From: Giardia intestinalis
Lineage: Eukaryota
Direction: 5' to 3' (one strand)
Assembly: GCA_000002435.2 (NCBI GenBank)
Contig: CM018793.1
Length of the DNA: 64,000 nt
This document shows positions 48,418 through 59,091 of the stretch, piece by piece; the first letter of the stretch is position 1, and each line of letters begins with the position of its first letter. Below the pieces are notes generated by a model, which did no database searches, was not told the DNA's origin, and saw only the letters and a program-made list of their open reading frames with translations. A program made the translations under genes and the position numbers.

Positions 48418-50334
48418 ATGGCCAGTGTAAGCCCCACCAGCTCTCCGCTCGAGAAACCTGAGGGAGAGGCCATCGTAGACGCCTTGGGTCCTGTACTTTA
48501 CCAAGGAGTGGGTGCAAGCATCTATGCACACATCACCCGCCCTGGCAAAGTTATTAAAGAGGTGTCGATTTACGGTCTTCAGGAAGCAAAGCTTAAAGCT
48601 TTGAGGATGTCGTTCCAGGACCTTGCGCGCATCCATCACCCAAACATCGTGCACTCCGAGTTCCCCATAGAACACGATGGATACTTATACGTGCAGATGG
48701 ACCGCTACTGCACATCTCTTGAGACTATGATACGTACTTCCAGGCTAAGAAGACTGCAATTTTCGAAGTCACAAATACTTACAATTGTTACCCAAGTCTC
48801 TGCCGCTCTCGCATACCTCCACAGTGCGCATAAGGACAGAGAATCTCTGTCAGCTATAGTACACGGAAGAGTTCAGCCTGCTAATATCCTTGTCAACGAA
48901 GATGGAAGACAGTTTGCTCTCTCCAATGCGGGCGTTCATAGAAGCAGGCAGAAGTTTAGCAATACAGTATACACGGCGCCAGAGATATTACTAGATGCTG
49001 ACCTTACGCCTGCAGCTGATATGTGGAGTCTTGGGGTCATTCTGTATGAGCTCGCAACAAAGAACAGACCTGAGTTTATAAGTGGCTGTATGCTCGAATG
49101 TGGCTTCGCTGAAGGATGGGTACCAGACTTAAGTAGTGTCGAGGATGTATTACTTAATAATATCATCCGACGCCTACTTATCTTTGATCCAATCAGTAGA
49201 ATGTCTTCATCTGAGCTATCATCCATTCTACAGGATAGCCAATCACTAGCTGATATAGAGAACTACTTTCGCCTAGATATTCTTGAAAGAGACGTCGTGC
49301 AACTGGCTTTGGAAATATCCATGCTGCATAGTGTTATAGAAAAAAGGCAGCTCCTACCAAGAAGCGATGGCCTCACGACATTAATGTGTGCAGCTCGCTC
49401 CGGAAATGTTGACGTCATAAAACAATTAATCGATACTGGTGAGGGAGTCCGTGCTCAAGATGCAGCGGGGTTAACAGCACTAATGCATGCAACTGTTAAA
49501 AAGCAGTATGATGCTATCAAGGTCCTTGTTGCATTTGAACATGGTATCTATGATAATGGTGGTCAAACAGCCTTGATGCACGCTGCTCAGATGAACGATC
49601 CTCAGGCCATTCACCTATTGGCACAATACGAGGCAGGGATGAAAACCAAGAGACTGAACTCCTTGGCAGGAATTTCTGTCAAGTCTAGAACAGCACTCAT
49701 GGGTGCCGCGGCACAAGGATTCACACGAGCAGTTGAAGCGCTTCTTCAGTACGAAGGGGGACTTCGTGATGAGCTTCATCAGACAGCGCTCATGTATGCT
49801 GCTAGCCAAAATCATCTTGAAGCGGTGCAGCTCCTAGCTTCTCGTGAGGGAGGGTTACAAGATAGTATGAGCCAAACAGCTCTCATCTTGGCTGTACAAC
49901 GTGGAAACGTGAATGTTGTTCCCTTCTTGCTTTGCGAAGTGGGCATGAAGAATAACATGGGCTATAGTGCGCTTATGATTGCAGCGAACGAAGGCCAGTT
50001 TGACATCGTGCAGCTTCTTGTTGAGCATGAAAAGGGGATGCGGAGCTTGACGCAAAGCACTGCGCTTATCAGTGCTGCATACAATAACCACTCTCAGATT
50101 GTGGAACTCCTTATACCCTACGAGTCTCGAATGCAGAATCGTCATGGTCTTACAGCACTGATGGAGGCAGCTAAGCACGGGTACATTGATGTAGTAAGGA
50201 TACTTGTGGATCATGAGAAAGGAGTTAAAGATAATCTAGGGCGGACAGCGCGTACTATGGCTCTTAAGTTTGGACACTCAGAGATTGCAGACTTTCTCTC
50301 TCAATATCCAGAAGAGCAATGTACTCTCCTGTGA
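48418..50334 (+). CDS. NEK-like kinase-fold protein with a C-terminal ankyrin-repeat array. Predicted catalytically inactive (pseudokinase).
   Basis: The kinase fold is recognisable, but the catalytic loop reads AIVHGRVQPANIL in place of HRDLKPxN, and LSNAG replaces DFG. Eleven or more ankyrin repeats follow (TALMHA...V..L). ATG at 48418. Confidence 0.8.
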   Translation: MASVSPTSSPLEKPEGEAIVDALGPVLYQGVGASIYAHITRPGKVIKEVSIYGLQEAKLKALRMSFQDLARIHHPNIVHSEFPIEHDGYLYVQMDRYCTSLETMIRTSRLRRLQFSKSQILTIVTQVSAALAYLHSAHKDRESLSAIVHGRVQPANILVNEDGRQFALSNAGVHRSRQKFSNTVYTAPEILLDADLTPAADMWSLGVILYELATKNRPEFISGCMLECGFAEGWVPDLSSVEDVLLNNIIRRLLIFDPISRMSSSELSSILQDSQSLADIENYFRLDILERDVVQLALEISMLHSVIEKRQLLPRSDGLTTLMCAARSGNVDVIKQLIDTGEGVRAQDAAGLTALMHATVKKQYDAIKVLVAFEHGIYDNGGQTALMHAAQMNDPQAIHLLAQYEAGMKTKRLNSLAGISVKSRTALMGAAAQGFTRAVEALLQYEGGLRDELHQTALMYAASQNHLEAVQLLASREGGLQDSMSQTALILAVQRGNVNVVPFLLCEVGMKNNMGYSALMIAANEGQFDIVQLLVEHEKGMRSLTQSTALISAAYNNHSQIVELLIPYESRMQNRHGLTALMEAAKHGYIDVVRILVDHEKGVKDNLGRTARTMALKFGHSEIADFLSQYPEEQCTLL

Positions 50335-50744
50335 TAGGACGCAAATCGTGTAAATCAGATCAGTATGGTTACATTGCTAATTTCTGCATGCGGTTTTTCA
50401 TGTGCGGATTTAGATAGGCATAGTAATGGGACTACTACGAAAAAGGCAATCTGATAAACTTACATTAGCTAATAAAGTACCGACATTCAGCCTGTTCTTA
50501 AGTATGCGTGCCGTATTTTCCCTGAGTTCATATCCATTACTAAGTACCACAATTTGCAATTGTCACGTTCTCAGCCTGATAGCCGACCATGAGTATTAGT
50601 ATATAGCAGTGTCCAGGACATAGGAATGAGGTATATTTGCAAGGATGTGGACGCCACTGCTCACCATATTCCTAGAACCTATCACGCACCGGGGGCTCCC
50701 TCGCAATCGGTGCCCAGAAAGTCACGAGCAGGATTCATCGGCGC

Positions 50745-50751
50745 GTTTACT
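50745..50751 (-). promoter_or_regulatory. Giardia poly(A) signal AGTAAAC within the conserved vsp 3' motif ACTTAGGTAGTAAAC.
   Basis: Seen directly 2-16 nt after the VSP TGA stop on the minus strand. It matches the AGTRAAY consensus and the extended vsp 3' element. Confidence 0.6.
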
Positions 50752-50758
50752 ACCTAAG

Positions 50759-52933
50759 TCATGCCTTCCCTCTGCATATGAACCACCAGCAGAGGAAGCC
50801 CACAAGGCCAGCCACGACAACCACCACAGCGACGGAGATACCTGCTATGGCGCCTGTGCTGAGGCCGCTTCTGCTGCCCCCGCTGGGCTTGGTGGACACG
50901 CACGCCTCACCCTCCAGCCTGTAGTCGTCCCCGCACTGGCCGCACTTGTTCTCCTCGCTGCACCTGATACACCCGTCGATACTGCAGGCGATGCACTGGG
51001 AGCCGTCTGTGTTCGGCCTCTTGCCCCCCTCTGTGCAGGCGGAGCACTTGTTGTCCATATCACAGTGTGAGCATCCAACAACGGCACATGCGAAGCACCC
51101 GCTCCCAGCCAGGTTGGGCTTGTTGTTGGCGCTACACGCTGTGCACGTGGCGGGGGCCATGCCAGGAGCCTCTAGCGCTGCTGGGGCCGTGCATGCTGTG
51201 CAGCCATATACCCCCACATATGCCTTAGCGGTGCTGCCAGCCCCTATCACTGTGCCAAGGGGGTTCTCGCAGGCCAGGACAGACTGATCAGTATTGGATG
51301 CCCCCGGGACCAGAAAGTACCGGCCGTTCTCGCTGGGGGCGGTGCACCTCCCTCCCTCGGCAGTCTTGCACATGTGGCTGCCAGGAGCCTTCTGAGTACT
51401 GTAGCAGCCGCCCATGTACAGGAAGAACCCGGCAGCACACCGGGTGCAGACGCCGTTCTCGCAGGTGTTGTCACCCTTAGTTCCTGTGCAGACGCCATCG
51501 ATGGGGAACGTGGCGGGGTCTCCGCACAGCGAGCAGTACTGGGAGAACGCCCCGGCGCTGTCAACGACGGTCGCCCCGCAGGTCCCAGACGTCCCCCCGC
51601 AGGCCGTGGGGTCCTCGCAGGCCTTTGTGCACTTCACCGGATTGGTTCCCTCCTTGCGATAGTTGAGCTTACAGGAGTTGCAGGTCAACGAGCCAGCGAA
51701 GGTGCACGTTGCACACCCATCGACTCCATCTGTCGGGTTATCACAGGGGACGCATGTGCCGGGGGAAGTGCCCCCTCTCAAGAAGAACCCGGTCTTGCAG
51801 GTTTGGCATTTGGTCTTGTCAGCTTTCTCAGAGCAGGTTGCGCAGTTCTCGCCACAGGCGTCACATGTGAAGCCGCTGTTGGTGTTCTTGATGTACCCCT
51901 CCAGGCACTCTGTGCAGGTCGGCGGTGTGGCGCCAGTCCTCGAGCACTTCTTACAGCCGACGATGCCCTGGTTCTTCTTCTCTTGCTCTGTCACTGTGTC
52001 GCTGCATAGAATACACGCTGTTGCGTCGTCTTTCATGAATAGCCCACTATCGGTGGCTTTGCAGCCGTCGTCTGTCTTTTCCACGCACGTCGTCGTCCCG
52101 TCGGCAGCAGTTCTTACCAGCTTCCCGTTACAATCGGTGCACCTCGGCTTTCCCGTGGCGTCACTATATTCGCATGCCGCGCACCCAGCTATGTCAGTAG
52201 CGCAGGCCTTGCACTCGTCTGCTTTTGGGTCTGCATAGCTATCACTACCACATCCACCAGCCTCTACACACTCAGTGCCCTTCAGGAACTTCCCCCCAAG
52301 GCAGGCGGTGCACTGGGTCGGCGTAGCAGACTCACACGTCAAACAGCCGGGTCCGCATTGCACACATGCACCATCCTTCGTAGCGTACCCTCCTTGGCAT
52401 GCAGTGCACGTGGCAGCCCCTGTACCGCCACCTGGCGCCGTGCATGTGTAGCAGCCCGCCACCCCCGTGACTCCGTCTCGCGGAGTGACGTCTGAGCAAA
52501 GCACGCACTCGTTGCCAGGGGCTACTGGGCTGGCCGGGTTCTGGAATAGATACGCGGCGCCTGCCTTGCAGGTGGTGCACACCCCCTTGTCGGCCGCCGT
52601 GCAGATCTCAGACCACTGGCTCGTCTTGTAGCACCCGCCCATGAAGAGGAAGTACCCGTCCCCGCACTTCCCGTAGGCAGTATCCGAGCCCGCCAACGCG
52701 GTCCCGTCTGCCCTGGTGCACCCGGCCGCCGCGGCCTGGGGGGAGCCGGGGGGCCAGCAGAAGCCGCCGACCGGGACGCCCCCGGCCCTGCACCCGGTGC
52801 AGATCTCGGAGTACCCGACCGTCTCGCACTTATCGGTCTGGCAATTCGCGGCATGGTCTCCGTCTGGCTGACAAGGCGCCGCGAGTGTGACTGCAAGCGT
52901 GGTTCCTACACACAGCAGTGGGTGCCGCCTCAG
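50759..52933 (-). CDS. Variant-specific surface protein (VSP). The 645-aa Cys-rich ectodomain, TM and CRGKA tail are intact, but the expected initiator ATG is CTG.
   Basis: The C-terminus ...GAIAGISVAVVVVVAGLVGFLCWWFICRGKA* is followed by TGACTTAGGTAGTAAAC. There are dozens of CXXC motifs and GGCY motifs. The frame stays open upstream through a signal-peptide-like (L)RRHPLLCVGTTLAVTLAAPCQ... to a TAA at about 53051 with no in-frame ATG. The codon where Met is expected is CTG (plus-strand cag at 52931-52933), and the upstream sequence is GC-rich rather than A-rich. Confidence 0.7.
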   Translation of the reverse strand: MRRHPLLCVGTTLAVTLAAPCQPDGDHAANCQTDKCETVGYSEICTGCRAGGVPVGGFCWPPGSPQAAAAGCTRADGTALAGSDTAYGKCGDGYFLFMGGCYKTSQWSEICTAADKGVCTTCKAGAAYLFQNPASPVAPGNECVLCSDVTPRDGVTGVAGCYTCTAPGGGTGAATCTACQGGYATKDGACVQCGPGCLTCESATPTQCTACLGGKFLKGTECVEAGGCGSDSYADPKADECKACATDIAGCAACEYSDATGKPRCTDCNGKLVRTAADGTTTCVEKTDDGCKATDSGLFMKDDATACILCSDTVTEQEKKNQGIVGCKKCSRTGATPPTCTECLEGYIKNTNSGFTCDACGENCATCSEKADKTKCQTCKTGFFLRGGTSPGTCVPCDNPTDGVDGCATCTFAGSLTCNSCKLNYRKEGTNPVKCTKACEDPTACGGTSGTCGATVVDSAGAFSQYCSLCGDPATFPIDGVCTGTKGDNTCENGVCTRCAAGFFLYMGGCYSTQKAPGSHMCKTAEGGRCTAPSENGRYFLVPGASNTDQSVLACENPLGTVIGAGSTAKAYVGVYGCTACTAPAALEAPGMAPATCTACSANNKPNLAGSGCFACAVVGCSHCDMDNKCSACTEGGKRPNTDGSQCIACSIDGCIRCSEENKCGQCGDDYRLEGEACVSTKPSGGSRSGLSTGAIAGISVAVVVVVAGLVGFLCWWFICRGKA

Positions 52934-53396
52934 AGGGTCCGCCTCCGCCGCCCGCTGTGTACCGAATGTTGTGCTTGCAATGGGGAGTGCATGTTGAGAT
53001 GTGGTCGATAGGCGCCCTGTAGACCCTGTGGTGGGCGGCGCTCGGCCTTCTTAGAAGCTATGCTCCCAGTAGATGGCTACAGTGAGCAAGCCCTGACTCG
53101 TCTGGCTTCAGTTCCGTACGTAGTTTATTGCTCAGTCGATTGTGAACAGCCCTTGAGGCCCGGTGCCCTAATCCGGTATTGGGGATCTGACTATGTAACA
53201 CGCCACTGAAGTAGAGTGGGTGTTTCCAAAAGCGCGTGACTTGATGCAACTCTCCAGTGCATCGGTTCGCCCTACCACGGGGATAGCCGGGGCTGGCCTG
53301 GACATGGCTTTTCTCTCGTACCGATCAGTTCACAGGTTTCCTTCTTATGTTTACAACATACTAATAAATAAGCCAAGCCAGTCCTAGGCACACCGC

Positions 53397-56300
53397 ATGC
53401 TGATTCTCCTGTGTGCTGCTGCATGTCTCGCCGAGGCGTGCGGGACAGGACCTGCATGTGTTAACGGAGACTGCGCCTACGGGGACGGAGCACACTTCTG
53501 CCAGTGCAGGCGGGGCTGGGCGGGGGCTGCGTGCGACGCCCCCCGTGCAGGGTTCCGCAGGGTAACTACTAATACTGGCAAGGCATCCACAGACAGGGCC
53601 GTCAACTACGCTTGCCTCGTGAACGGGACGGAGTGCACAGAGTCGAACAAGTGCACCTACTACGCGGGGGCGTACTCGTGCGACCCCTGTCCTGCTGGCT
53701 TCGTGTCTTACGAGGACGAGTGCCTGCCGAGGGGCTGCTTCAACACAGGTGACCTCTCAGGACAGGAGGCAACGAAGGCCCCCTGCAACGGCCGCGGCCG
53801 CTGCCTCCTGAAGGACCCCGGGCTGGCCGGGCTGAGTGCTGACGACTACGCGTGCGACTGCTACCCGATCTACCGCGGGGGCCTCTGCCAGTCGTGCGAC
53901 GACGCCAACGCGATCGCTGTGGAAAGCTCTTCGTCTGACGCCCTCCCTACGTGCAATGCGCGGGCCTGCCAGGACTCGGATGGCATCGTGTGCTCAGGCC
54001 AGGGAACGTGCACCCTCGACGTGGGCCTCGATCGCGAATCGTACCGCTACCGCTGCAAGTGCAATGATGGCTACACACGCGTTGGGCACAGGTGCGTCAA
54101 GACGGAGTGCGTGGCCACGATCGACGGGTCCCCGGTCGTCTGCGGGGGCTTTGGAAAATGTATAGAAGAGGGCGACGGTGCCCCCAAGTGTGCCTGCGAC
54201 CCAGATGCAGTCCAGGTCGATAAGTTCTGTACCTCTCCTACATGCACGACCGAAACCCCTGCGAAAATATGTGGCGGAGTGGGCGCCTGTGTGCGTGACG
54301 GCGCTGGTTATAGCTGCGATTGCCGAGGGCTTGCCACAGGAAACTTATGTGAAAACTGTGTTCCAGAGAAGTCTGAGAGTATAGACGGCACCTGTGTTCC
54401 AGTGGGGTGTCTTACTTCCAACAAACAGAGCTCATGTACGAATAAAGGAGTCTGCGTCAAGTCCGACGGCGAGTACCACTGCCGCTGCCCGGACATGCTC
54501 ATTGCCGTTGACGGAGAGTGCACGTCCCCCGCGTGCATGGACGAGGAACTTGGGAAGGTCTGCTCGGGGCACGGCACGTGCAAGACGGACGACCCACGAG
54601 ACATAAAGTGTACTTGCGAAGCTGATTATACCTACGTCGCCCCGGGGCGTTGCATCTTGAGCACTTTGGTAGATAGCCCTGCCACGGTTTGCAGCGATCA
54701 TGGACGCATTGTCGTTAGTGCTGAGGCTCCTGATACGATGACGTGCCAGTGTTCGCCTATCTACACAGGAGCTAAGTGCGCAGAATGTGATCAACAGAAC
54801 GCGCAAGTGATTGGCGAGAAATGTATTGCAAAGAAGTGCATTGTGCAGCAACAGCCACCGGATCCACAGCCCAGTCTGCGCACGGCTACTGCTCAGGATA
54901 TCTGCGGGAACACAGGCACGTACACCACTTATGGTGATCCGAGCAATCCGTTCATCACATGCGTCCCTAAAGATGCTGATAGTGGAAATGTCTCCGCCTA
55001 CAACGGCACCTTCTCTGCTAAACCTGGATGTGTATTTATCAGTAAGATAGACAAGACAAGAAGATTCTTTTGTGGATTCCTTGAGAATATAACAGAAAAC
55101 CTGTCAACTGGTAACTTGCCTACGTGCGCTAAACCTTCCGAAAAACCCGATCTGCCTGAAACATGTACTCACTGTCCAACTGACTTTCACCTTGTACACT
55201 TTGGGGAAAACAATAGCACATGTATGCACAAGAGTTGTCACGATGGCAAATCCAGTCATATGTGGTACAATTACTGCGGCGGCGTGGGAGACTGTATTCA
55301 GAAGAAGGATAAAAGCGGATACGAGTGTGATTGTGGGACTGCTGCTAAATGGGATCCAAATTTGAAGGCGTGTGTTACTGATGCATGCAAGCTCAACAAG
55401 AGTCTTGCTGGCCCCTATGCACCAGACTACTGTATTCCTCAGTCTACCTTTACACTCGAATGCACTGTCGGACGGGACGCAACGTGGCAGTGTAATTGCA
55501 CTGGGGACTATGTTACGTACAACAAGACGTGCATTTCAAAGAGTAAGAACGCTGATCCAAAGACTCAGCGAGCAAGGGGACTCTGTGGCGGCCCCGGGGC
55601 GGGATATATAGACAGTACTGGAACCTGCGTCTGCAGCAATGGCTTCCTCAAGATCGGTGACATGTGCTACAGCTACGACTGCCTGCCAGTTGGCATATCA
55701 GATAACATAAGGAATCCGGATATCAACGTGCTTGTCTGCTCCGGAAAGGGGGTCTGCGCATACAACCAGCTGACTGGCCGGTACGGCTGCGAGTGCAGCG
55801 ACGGACTGGAGGCCTTCGGGGGCTACTGCACTCATCCAGGATGCGCCGGAAAGGTAATGCATAACGGAGAAATTAAGTATGTTGAGTGCAAAATCTACGA
55901 TGGGACAACTGGAGATTGTACAAACGATAAGGGCACATATTCCTGCAAGTGTACTACTCCGTATAGATCTGTCAATGGGATCTGTGTTCATCAGCGTTGC
56001 GTATCGTATGATAACGTCTATTGCGGAGGAGATGTCCTGGCTGCATGCGTGCAGGGGAGTAATTACTATTACGGGTGTGTCTGCTCCGAAGGCTATGAGA
56101 GGGGCCAGCTCAATTCGGAATGCATTCCAAGTAAGTGTGTTTACAGAAGGCTGCTGAGTGATCCCACTATTGCATGCAATGGGTTAGGAACATGTGGCGG
56201 AGAAGGATCTTTGTTGAAGAATAGGCGGTGTGAGTGCAAGTCTGGTGCTAAGCTAGTCACACTTAGAGATGTGAATGGGGAGTTGAGAGAAACATGTATA

Positions 56301-58454
56301 TTAAGTGAGTGCATTTCTAGTGAGGACGGAGTGGAACCGCCGATTATCTGTGGAGGACTAGGCAGTTGTGGGCCCACAGGATGCGTATGCGATCTGGGGA
56401 CAAAGTTATTTAAAAGGGCTTGCTTTGGCATCAACTGCTTTATTAACACCGTAGATGATAGCGGACAACTTGTTGAGTCTGTGTGCGGTGGCGAGACCGT
56501 TGGGGTGTGCACAAAGATAGCGTCGCACGGCGATCGTCGAGACTACGCTTGTAAGTGCAAGGACCCGAAGCCTGACGAGTATGAAGAACTTGATGGGTTC
56601 TGTCTACCAAAAGCTTGCATATTTGAAATCACAACCTTGACTAATCAGCAGGTGAGGACGATGTGCGGTGGAAAGCAGTTTGGAACATGCGTTCTTAATG
56701 CTACTCAATCATCCAAGTCATACTGTAAGTGCATAAATCGATATGACATTATTCAAATAACAAATGGAAAGTGTATGAAGAAAACCTGTCTTAGCGACTC
56801 TCTTTCTGGAGGTCCGGAGGGATACGTTGAATGTTCTGGACATGGGAAGTGTATAGGGGATCATATTGTGGGGTACTCGTGCAATTGTGACGAAAATTAT
56901 CAAACGGTTGCAGACGATCGCCGTTATTTGTGCGTACCAGCTGTCTGTGTTGTATCAGAGACAAATTCCAGTACTATATGCAACGGAAGAGGGACCTGTC
57001 AGTTCAAGACAGACCCAGGAAAGTGCGAGTGTAGGCCTGGGTATGATGGTACCAAATGTGAGACGTGTGCAAATGGCTACAAGGAACACACAGATGCACA
57101 GTGCTACCTCAATGGCTGTCCGGCAGACAATTGTGGCACGGAGGAAAATACTAGCGTAGGGGCTTGCCAATTTAGCGGAAACAGTTTTGCTTGCGTCTGC
57201 GTCAACTCGAGCTTCGTCGTTGACAGTGCTAGCAAGAAGTGCCGAAAATCCAGATGCGTTTGGTCGGATCCATACGATCAGACAGAAAAAACGTGCTATG
57301 GCATGGGTACGTGCAATGATAACGGCGAGGACACTGGGGCGTGTGTTTGCAACCCCGGGACAACCCTAGTCGGGACAAACATCTGTGTTTATAGCCAGTG
57401 CATCTCGGATGGAAGCGACCCCAAAGCAATATGCAAGGGGCGCGGGACATGCGTAGAGGGCCCTGTCGCCGGGACAGGACTGTGCAGATGCAACAGCAGC
57501 AGATACCGCACAGACAAGAAGACCGGCCAGTGCTTTGTCAAGGAGTGCTTCGGGGCACACGAGAGCATCCTGGCCGAGGTCTGCGATGGCGGTGGAACAT
57601 GCAGTGAAGACACTAAAAAGTGCAACTGTAGCGTAGACGGCTTCCAGAGCCTCGACGGCCAGAACGGCTGCGTGCACAGCAGCTGCGTCTCGTCGAACAA
57701 CAAGCTTTGTAGCGGCTTTGGGGCCTGCGAGAAGACCGGCGACACCTACGGCTGCCTGTGCGCAAGTTACTATACTCTGGTCGATAAGGACTGCATCCCC
57801 ACAAGGTGTCTCAAGGACGGGAAAGTCTGCAACGGCGGCGGCACGTGCTCCGGCGAGGGATCCTCTGCGACCTGTAGCTGCAACCAGGGCTGGGCTTCGC
57901 TGAATAACCTCTGCTACCCGGCAGCCTGCGTTTCCAGTGGGACGCTCTGCGGGGGGAATGGCAACTGTCCACTTTCCACAGATAGTACATGCGAGTGCAA
58001 GTATGGGTATGAAAGTGTTCTTGACCAGCTCTGCATCAGCAGCCAGTGCGTCCAGCGCGGCACCGACGGCACCGTGACGATCTGCGGGGGCAACGGCAAG
58101 TGCGTGTCTGAGAACGGCGTGACTCCCAGCTGCGTGTGCAACGAGGGCTTCTCTCTCACAAGCGACTTCGTCTGCGGAGTCCCTGCTCCATCCAACAAGT
58201 CATCAAGTACCATAACGATTGCAGTCGTGGTCGTCGTCCTCCTCGTCCTCGTTGCAGTGGCCGGCTTCCTCGTCTGGTGGTTCGTGATACGGCCCAGGAA
58301 GAGCGGTGAGTTGAGGGAGCGCGCCCCGCGGAAAGGCCCTAGCTTTAGTGGCTCGCAAAAGCTCAAGAAGCAAGCAAGCTCCAAGGCGTCGCTCCACGCC
58401 ACTGCGCCCCTACTGAGCCGGTCATCTCATGCCGGTTCTAGTGTCCAACTCTAG
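53397..58454 (+). CDS. High-cysteine membrane protein (HCMP; EGF-like, Cys-rich type I membrane protein), 1685 aa.
   Basis: It has a signal peptide (MLILLCAAACLAEA), about 190 Cys in repeated C.C....G..C patterns, and a single TM (ITIAVVVVVLLVLVAVAGFLVWWFVI) with a 60-aa cytoplasmic tail, not CRGKA. The gene is GC-rich. Confidence 0.85.
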   Translation: MLILLCAAACLAEACGTGPACVNGDCAYGDGAHFCQCRRGWAGAACDAPRAGFRRVTTNTGKASTDRAVNYACLVNGTECTESNKCTYYAGAYSCDPCPAGFVSYEDECLPRGCFNTGDLSGQEATKAPCNGRGRCLLKDPGLAGLSADDYACDCYPIYRGGLCQSCDDANAIAVESSSSDALPTCNARACQDSDGIVCSGQGTCTLDVGLDRESYRYRCKCNDGYTRVGHRCVKTECVATIDGSPVVCGGFGKCIEEGDGAPKCACDPDAVQVDKFCTSPTCTTETPAKICGGVGACVRDGAGYSCDCRGLATGNLCENCVPEKSESIDGTCVPVGCLTSNKQSSCTNKGVCVKSDGEYHCRCPDMLIAVDGECTSPACMDEELGKVCSGHGTCKTDDPRDIKCTCEADYTYVAPGRCILSTLVDSPATVCSDHGRIVVSAEAPDTMTCQCSPIYTGAKCAECDQQNAQVIGEKCIAKKCIVQQQPPDPQPSLRTATAQDICGNTGTYTTYGDPSNPFITCVPKDADSGNVSAYNGTFSAKPGCVFISKIDKTRRFFCGFLENITENLSTGNLPTCAKPSEKPDLPETCTHCPTDFHLVHFGENNSTCMHKSCHDGKSSHMWYNYCGGVGDCIQKKDKSGYECDCGTAAKWDPNLKACVTDACKLNKSLAGPYAPDYCIPQSTFTLECTVGRDATWQCNCTGDYVTYNKTCISKSKNADPKTQRARGLCGGPGAGYIDSTGTCVCSNGFLKIGDMCYSYDCLPVGISDNIRNPDINVLVCSGKGVCAYNQLTGRYGCECSDGLEAFGGYCTHPGCAGKVMHNGEIKYVECKIYDGTTGDCTNDKGTYSCKCTTPYRSVNGICVHQRCVSYDNVYCGGDVLAACVQGSNYYYGCVCSEGYERGQLNSECIPSKCVYRRLLSDPTIACNGLGTCGGEGSLLKNRRCECKSGAKLVTLRDVNGELRETCILSECISSEDGVEPPIICGGLGSCGPTGCVCDLGTKLFKRACFGINCFINTVDDSGQLVESVCGGETVGVCTKIASHGDRRDYACKCKDPKPDEYEELDGFCLPKACIFEITTLTNQQVRTMCGGKQFGTCVLNATQSSKSYCKCINRYDIIQITNGKCMKKTCLSDSLSGGPEGYVECSGHGKCIGDHIVGYSCNCDENYQTVADDRRYLCVPAVCVVSETNSSTICNGRGTCQFKTDPGKCECRPGYDGTKCETCANGYKEHTDAQCYLNGCPADNCGTEENTSVGACQFSGNSFACVCVNSSFVVDSASKKCRKSRCVWSDPYDQTEKTCYGMGTCNDNGEDTGACVCNPGTTLVGTNICVYSQCISDGSDPKAICKGRGTCVEGPVAGTGLCRCNSSRYRTDKKTGQCFVKECFGAHESILAEVCDGGGTCSEDTKKCNCSVDGFQSLDGQNGCVHSSCVSSNNKLCSGFGACEKTGDTYGCLCASYYTLVDKDCIPTRCLKDGKVCNGGGTCSGEGSSATCSCNQGWASLNNLCYPAACVSSGTLCGGNGNCPLSTDSTCECKYGYESVLDQLCISSQCVQRGTDGTVTICGGNGKCVSENGVTPSCVCNEGFSLTSDFVCGVPAPSNKSSSTITIAVVVVVLLVLVAVAGFLVWWFVIRPRKSGELRERAPRKGPSFSGSQKLKKQASSKASLHATAPLLSRSSHAGSSVQL

Positions 58455-58632
58455 TTCGCCGCCATCCATGCAAGATATTACAGCATGCACGAGTTGGCCC
58501 TCCAAAACTGTAAATCTGGGTATAAGACTCACTCAGCTCGAGTAGAGGAATCATCTACTGAGAGTAATTGTCCCTCGCCTGAAGCGTGTCCAGACGTCTC
58601 ACGGGCAGCAAGCCTGGCCCTCTGAGGGTGGG

Positions 58633-59091
58633 GTGGTTGTAGGTAACAAGAGGGGCTCCCCTCCACTAGTGCAGAAGGACAACCATGGATCCAGTGCGGT
58701 CGTCGGTGCCTGGGCTTGTGTCTCGTGCAACGCGGGCTGGAGATCAGACCAGCACGGCGACCAGAACCAGAAGCCCGACATCTGGCTCGTCGACAAGTGC
58801 AAGGCGATAGAGGTGGGTGTCATCCAGCCCCGCCAGATGGATGCCTACTACAACGAGAAGGTCAAGAAGTACAAGGACGGGACGCTCCCGATCATCTATG
58901 GGACGGATGGATCCCTCCACCCCAAGTCCAAGAAGCACCTCGAGGAGCTCCACGTGGACCTCTGTCCGGGCTGCCTTCGCCATCGCCCACATGGCTGCAA
59001 AGGCGAACGAGCACCTGACGAAGCTGATCAAACGGGCCGGGCCGAAAGCCTGGTCACCCAGAGCGACCGTCTCCTGTCATCCTACTTCTGA
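58633..59091 (+). repeat. Copy A of a dispersed repeat of unknown family lying 3' of an HCMP gene. It shares a conserved protein-coding-like core with copy B.
   Basis: Copy A encodes ...YKDGTLPIIYGTDGSLHPKSKKHLEEL... and copy B encodes ...YGERTLPIILGIDGIIYEKTKRHLEE.... The shared nucleotide blocks are ctcccgatcat and cacctcgagga. Confidence 0.35.

Noticed and set aside
50845-52896. Plus-strand and alternative-frame ORFs (for example 51374..52009, 51663..52238, 52522..52896) overlapping the VSP gene
   Set aside because: They run antisense or out of frame through a GC-rich Cys-repeat gene. They are Ala/Arg/Pro-rich with no domain signal.
58868-58925. The RNase H-like 'IIYGTDGS' motif in the post-HCMP repeat, possibly a retrotransposon RNase H
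   Set aside because: The motif is too short. Neither the upstream nor the downstream sequence fits an RNase H fold or the Giardia GilM/GilT/GilD element ORFs as I recall them. I kept it only as a repeat of unknown family.
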